A stretch of 32,000 bases of DNA from Planctopirus limnophila DSM 3776 (lineage in GTDB: Bacteria > Planctomycetota > Planctomycetia > Planctomycetales > Planctomycetaceae), in assembly GCF_000092105.1 (NCBI RefSeq), contig NC_014148.1, forward strand, positions 390,001 through 422,000. The letters are read 5' to 3'. Below, piece by piece: positions 28,659-32,000 of this stretch (position 1 is its first letter; every line of letters starts with the position of its first letter). The position numbers were made by a program, and so were the translations under genes. Below the pieces are notes generated by a model, which made no database searches, was not told the DNA's origin, and saw nothing but the letters and a program-made list of their open reading frames with translations.

Positions 28659-28813
28659 TGATTTTCGGGGGCTTTGGTCATGTGATCAACAGCCTCAACG
28701 CATTTGGCAGCCCGTTCGATCGCACTCTCGGCAGCAGCATGTCATGATCCCTCCATGACCCGATTGATCCCACGACTGAGATTTCAGTAAAGCGGCCCAT
28801 AAGAAAGCGGCCC

Positions 28814-31288
28814 ATGAGTCGAAAACGCTCAGGTTCACAAAAACCTCCTCCTCCGGCTGCTTCACACTCATCGAGTCTTGAAGCTCCACACACACCAGAC
28901 TTATCTCGAACAGTTCGCTGGGTAATCGCCTGTCTCTGGCTGGTGTTGGCAACCATTTTCTTCTACTGGACGGGTTTGCCGAACAATGGCAACGTTTCCC
29001 GGCTCGATTACTGGTCGCTGGTCCCTTTCCAACTGATGGATCTCGTCGATCCCGAGTTTGAATCACGATTGCCACATGGATTCTTCTATCTGTTTGAACG
29101 CATCGGCTACTCGCTGGTTTCTGCGGCTCTCATCATTGGTTCGGCTGGCTGGGGCTGGCTGCTGATCCTGGGATCGAGTCGTCTATTCAAAGCGGATGTC
29201 TTTGCAAAGCAGGAATCGATCAATCAGGTAACCCTTGCGAATAACGAAAGTCGCTTTCAAACGGGGAATCTGCTGTTCTTCTCCGGCGCTCTGGGGCTCG
29301 CCACGACTTCGACTTTCGTGCTGATTGTGGGGCTGATGGGGCAGTTATCGACCATCCTGCTGGTGGCCTGGCTGGTCGTCGGAAGTGCCGGTACCTTCGT
29401 GGGTTTAGCTCAGCCCGCACTTCGGTTAGGCCAACTGGCGTGGTTATCGATCGCTAATGCCTGGCATTCCCGCGATCTCTGGACGCTGTTGGGTTGGGTC
29501 TCGGCACTGCTATTTCTATGGACGATCTGGCTGGGTGGCTTATCGCCCACCACCGACTTTGATGTGAAGGAGTATCATCTCGGCGGGCCCAAAGAATACT
29601 TCCTCAAGGGTCACATCGAGTTCTTGCCACATAACGTCTACACAAGTTTTCCGTTTCTTACCGAGATGCTGTCACTGGCCGCCATGGTGTTGATGAATGA
29701 CTGGCTGGCAGGAAGCTATGTCGCCACACTCACGCTCGCTTTCTTCGGACCGCTGACGGCTCTGGGATTATGGTCTCTTTGTGAGAAGTGGTTTCCGCAG
29801 GCCGCTCTTCTATCAGCCTGGATCTGGATCACGATTCCCTGGACGTACCGGCTATCGACCATTGCCTATGTCGAAGAAGCCTTTTCGTGCTATCTGCTCG
29901 CTGCTTTCCTTGCTGCTATCTATGGACGATCCTTGAATCTCCCGGAAGTGAGTCATTCCGCATCATCAGCAGCGCATGCCAATTTCTGGTGGTGGATCTC
30001 CGGGTTGTCTGCCGGTGCTGCTTTTGGCTGCAAATACCCGGCACTCCTCTTCGTGGTCATCCCCATCGGCCTGGCAACGATCATTCGGTTTCCACGTTTC
30101 CATAAGACCGACAGCTCTGCGAGTGAAAATCCATCAGCCAGGTCACGCAGCACATGGTGGGTCTGGCCACTGGTCTTTTCTGCCGGCGTGCTCGTCTTTG
30201 CTGGCCCCTGGCTGATTAAAAACTTCTGGCAAACCGGGAACCCCGTTTATCCCCTGCTCTACTCTGTCTTTGGTGGCCTCGACTGGAATGCGGCACTCAA
30301 TGAAAAATGGAGGCGTGGGCATGCCCCACCCCATTATTCGCCCCTTTCGTTTGTTACCGATGTTTACGACATCCTGGCCCGCAGTGATTGGCAAAGTGGC
30401 CTCATTCTGCTGGGCTTACCTCTCTGCTGGATTTTGCCTGCCGCTCGCAAAAAAAATCATGAACAACCCGAGGATTCCCCAGGCGTTCTCCTCCTGGCTC
30501 TCTTGTTTCTGGCATGGTTCTATGCCACCTGGTGGTTGTTCACACACCGGATTGACCGCTTCTGGGCACCAATGCTCCCTCTGCTCTGCCTGATCTCGGC
30601 TGCAGGGCTAACGCGCTTTTCTCAGAGTGTCCCCCATGCAGTCAGGCAATCCCTGATGGTCCTGCTAGGGGCATCGGCAGTCTTCAATTTCTCGATCAAC
30701 ACCGGCCCCGTCGGTAACTACAACTCATGGCTGACCAAACTCTCTGCGGCCAGCGATTTCACTGCGAGAACCACTTGCCCCGAGATCGCCGCCATCAATC
30801 AGGCTATTGAGGAGGGTGCACTTCCCCAAGACATTCGCGTCCTCATGGTCGGAGAGGCAGAAATCTTCGATGCACGTTTCGATTTGAGATACAACACCGT
30901 CTTCGATGTATGTTTACTGGAAGAGTGGTGTACTCACCCAGACGGCCAGTGGCGTACCGCCGATGAGATTCGGGCGCGCCTGGCACAAGCAGGCATTACC
31001 CATCTCTTCGTCAATTGGCGGGAAATTCTGCGTTATCGAACGAGCTATGGCTACACCGACTTTGCGAATCCCAGGAGCATCGAAAAGCTCCAGCAGATGC
31101 AGCTGATTGGCGATCCGCTTCGATGGCCCGAAGGGATTGGTGAACGAAATGCCGACGATCTTTCCGTTACAGACCGTCAACTGATTGAAAACTGGGCACC
31201 GCAATTGATTCAAGGCCTCGGTTCCAATCAGAAGCTGATTACGGCACAACTCTTTCCAGTCATGACACGGCCCATCGAGGCGAAGTGA
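28814..31288 (+). CDS. Large polytopic membrane protein, putatively a GT-C-fold (ArnT/PMT-like) glycosyltransferase, with a C-terminal soluble domain
   Basis: 824 aa with more than 12 predicted TM helices. An acidic first loop (TTDFDVKEYHLGG) resembles the GT-C catalytic loop. The soluble C-terminal domain is about 200 aa. The family assignment is inference only. Confidence 0.65.
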   Translation: MSRKRSGSQKPPPPAASHSSSLEAPHTPDLSRTVRWVIACLWLVLATIFFYWTGLPNNGNVSRLDYWSLVPFQLMDLVDPEFESRLPHGFFYLFERIGYSLVSAALIIGSAGWGWLLILGSSRLFKADVFAKQESINQVTLANNESRFQTGNLLFFSGALGLATTSTFVLIVGLMGQLSTILLVAWLVVGSAGTFVGLAQPALRLGQLAWLSIANAWHSRDLWTLLGWVSALLFLWTIWLGGLSPTTDFDVKEYHLGGPKEYFLKGHIEFLPHNVYTSFPFLTEMLSLAAMVLMNDWLAGSYVATLTLAFFGPLTALGLWSLCEKWFPQAALLSAWIWITIPWTYRLSTIAYVEEAFSCYLLAAFLAAIYGRSLNLPEVSHSASSAAHANFWWWISGLSAGAAFGCKYPALLFVVIPIGLATIIRFPRFHKTDSSASENPSARSRSTWWVWPLVFSAGVLVFAGPWLIKNFWQTGNPVYPLLYSVFGGLDWNAALNEKWRRGHAPPHYSPLSFVTDVYDILARSDWQSGLILLGLPLCWILPAARKKNHEQPEDSPGVLLLALLFLAWFYATWWLFTHRIDRFWAPMLPLLCLISAAGLTRFSQSVPHAVRQSLMVLLGASAVFNFSINTGPVGNYNSWLTKLSAASDFTARTTCPEIAAINQAIEEGALPQDIRVLMVGEAEIFDARFDLRYNTVFDVCLLEEWCTHPDGQWRTADEIRARLAQAGITHLFVNWREILRYRTSYGYTDFANPRSIEKLQQMQLIGDPLRWPEGIGERNADDLSVTDRQLIENWAPQLIQGLGSNQKLITAQLFPVMTRPIEAK

Positions 31289-31336
31289 TTACCTGTTATA
31301 CGGATTCCAATATTCAACGGCGTTCCTTGGTATGGC

Positions 31337-31440
31337 GTGGCTGGGGTTGAGCGTCTTCGCGAACCCCCAGTTCGTACCGAAAATACGAAAATCCGAAAAT
31401 CCGAAAATCGCTGGGGGTTCGAAGACTCAACCCCAGCCAC
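31337..31440. repeat. 104-bp imperfect palindrome whose loop is a 4 x 8-nt microsatellite
   Basis: Left arm, 31337-31370: gtggctggggttgag-cg-tcttcg-cg-aacccccag. Right arm, 31411-31440: ctgggggttcgaagactcaaccccagccac. All 30 right-arm bases pair, with two CG bulges in the left arm. The loop carries cgaaaata, cgaaaatc, cgaaaatc, cgaaaatc (31378-31409). Confidence 0.85.
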
Positions 31441-31519
31441 CCGCCGAGTCAGACTCATCCAGGCCATCACCATGATGAGTCCGGCCCCCATGAGTCGAAG
31501 GAAGTAGCCGTCGAAAAAC

Positions 31520-32000
31520 TCAGGCTTTGCGATAGACGATTCCCGTATCAATTAACTGAAAGCCACTCGAAATCAGCACAGCCATCGCAGCCGGGTCTTC
31601 CATGTTGGCGTGAGCCTCCATCAGGTCGACCTGGTCATCTTTGAGTTGTTTGCTGACATCGCATAACAGAGCCTGTCCATAGCCTTGCCGGCGATGTTCA
31701 GGAGCCACATGAATCCCATGCAGACCAATCGCCCGCTGTTGCCATTTGCTCGAATACATATCGAGCCCACAGATGGTCACCCAGCCGACGGGTAGATCCT
31801 GTTTTTTGAGGACCAGTCCCAGCCTGGCCGTTTCGAGACGACCTCGATTGGTAAGCGTCCAGAAGTCGCGCGGGACAGGATCATCCAGCAATCGCAATTC
31901 CGTCGATCGGCGGACACGCATCAGCCGCACATTGATTGGATCTCGCTGACCAATTACTCGCTGGAACACCCCGATCATGCTCTGCGGACGATAACCGAGG
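31520..32000 (-). CDS. GNAT-family N-acetyltransferase; the 5' end may lie beyond the window
   Basis: HVAPEHRRQGYGQALL is the acetyl-CoA-binding Q/RxxGxG/A motif, and ...AMAVLISSGFQLI is the typical C-terminal GF segment. The frame remains open upstream of the ATG at 31978 to the window edge. Confidence 0.8.
   Translation of the reverse strand, partial: LGYRPQSMIGVFQRVIGQRDPINVRLMRVRRSTELRLLDDPVPRDFWTLTNRGRLETARLGLVLKKQDLPVGWVTICGLDMYSSKWQQRAIGLHGIHVAPEHRRQGYGQALLCDVSKQLKDDQVDLMEAHANMEDPAAMAVLISSGFQLIDTGIVYRKA

Noticed and set aside
28811-28823. 13-nt identity (cccatgagtcgaa) shared between the GT-C gene start and 31486-31498
   Set aside because: Several identical 13-mers are expected by chance among all position pairs in 32 kb, and there is no extended similarity around the match.
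31378-31409. CRISPR-like repeats
   Set aside because: The units are only 8 nt long, directly tandem with no spacers, and no cas genes are present. It is a microsatellite.
31228-31551. 107-aa minus-strand ORF spanning the palindrome
   Set aside because: It is generated by translating through the inverted repeat and the microsatellite, and it overlaps the 3' ends of both flanking genes.

Overview
The window reads as an ordinary chromosomal core segment, with one probably accessory islet. I infer a Planctomycetota genome at roughly 50-60% GC. The inference rests on gene content: a DUF1501 protein with an RR-type signal, a very large secreted M14 peptidase, a GT-C-like membrane protein, frequent GTG/TTG starts, and scattered biosynthetic genes (carB without carA, leuCD without leuAB). 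All family calls come from reading motifs in the supplied translations by eye; no database search was run.

Confident genes, in order:
- ApgM-type phosphoglycerate mutase, 3' end only
- M14 carboxypeptidase-like protein
- csrA and cysC
- a PspA/IM30 protein and an ECF sigma factor
- a LarA-like (DUF2088) protein
- an MFS transporter
- leuD, a Uma2 nuclease, and leuC
- an LptF/LptG-family permease
- tRNA-Asp(GTC)
- an ArsR-family regulator and a DUF423 protein
- a beta-helix protein and a DJ-1/PfpI protein
- cmk, an M24 aminopeptidase, and an HD-domain (p)ppGpp-hydrolase-like protein
- carB, DUF1501, a large polytopic membrane protein, and a GNAT acetyltransferase (partial)

I do not see a convincing new multi-gene system. 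There is no defence, secretion, biosynthetic or mobile-element cluster.

The observations most worth a second look:
1. An A8 slippery run lies exactly where two overlapping membrane-protein ORFs would fuse by a -1 shift. It sits inside a low-GC islet next to tRNA-Asp.
2. A 4 x 18-bp tandem repeat lies in the leuC / lptFG divergent control region.
3. A Uma2 nuclease gene is wedged between leuC and leuD.
4. A 104-bp near-perfect palindrome, with a 4 x 8-nt microsatellite as its loop, lies between two convergent genes.
5. About 600 nt with no confident gene lie downstream of csrA and end in a very strong plus-strand intrinsic terminator.
6. The LarA-like protein appears to lack the cofactor-tethering lysine.
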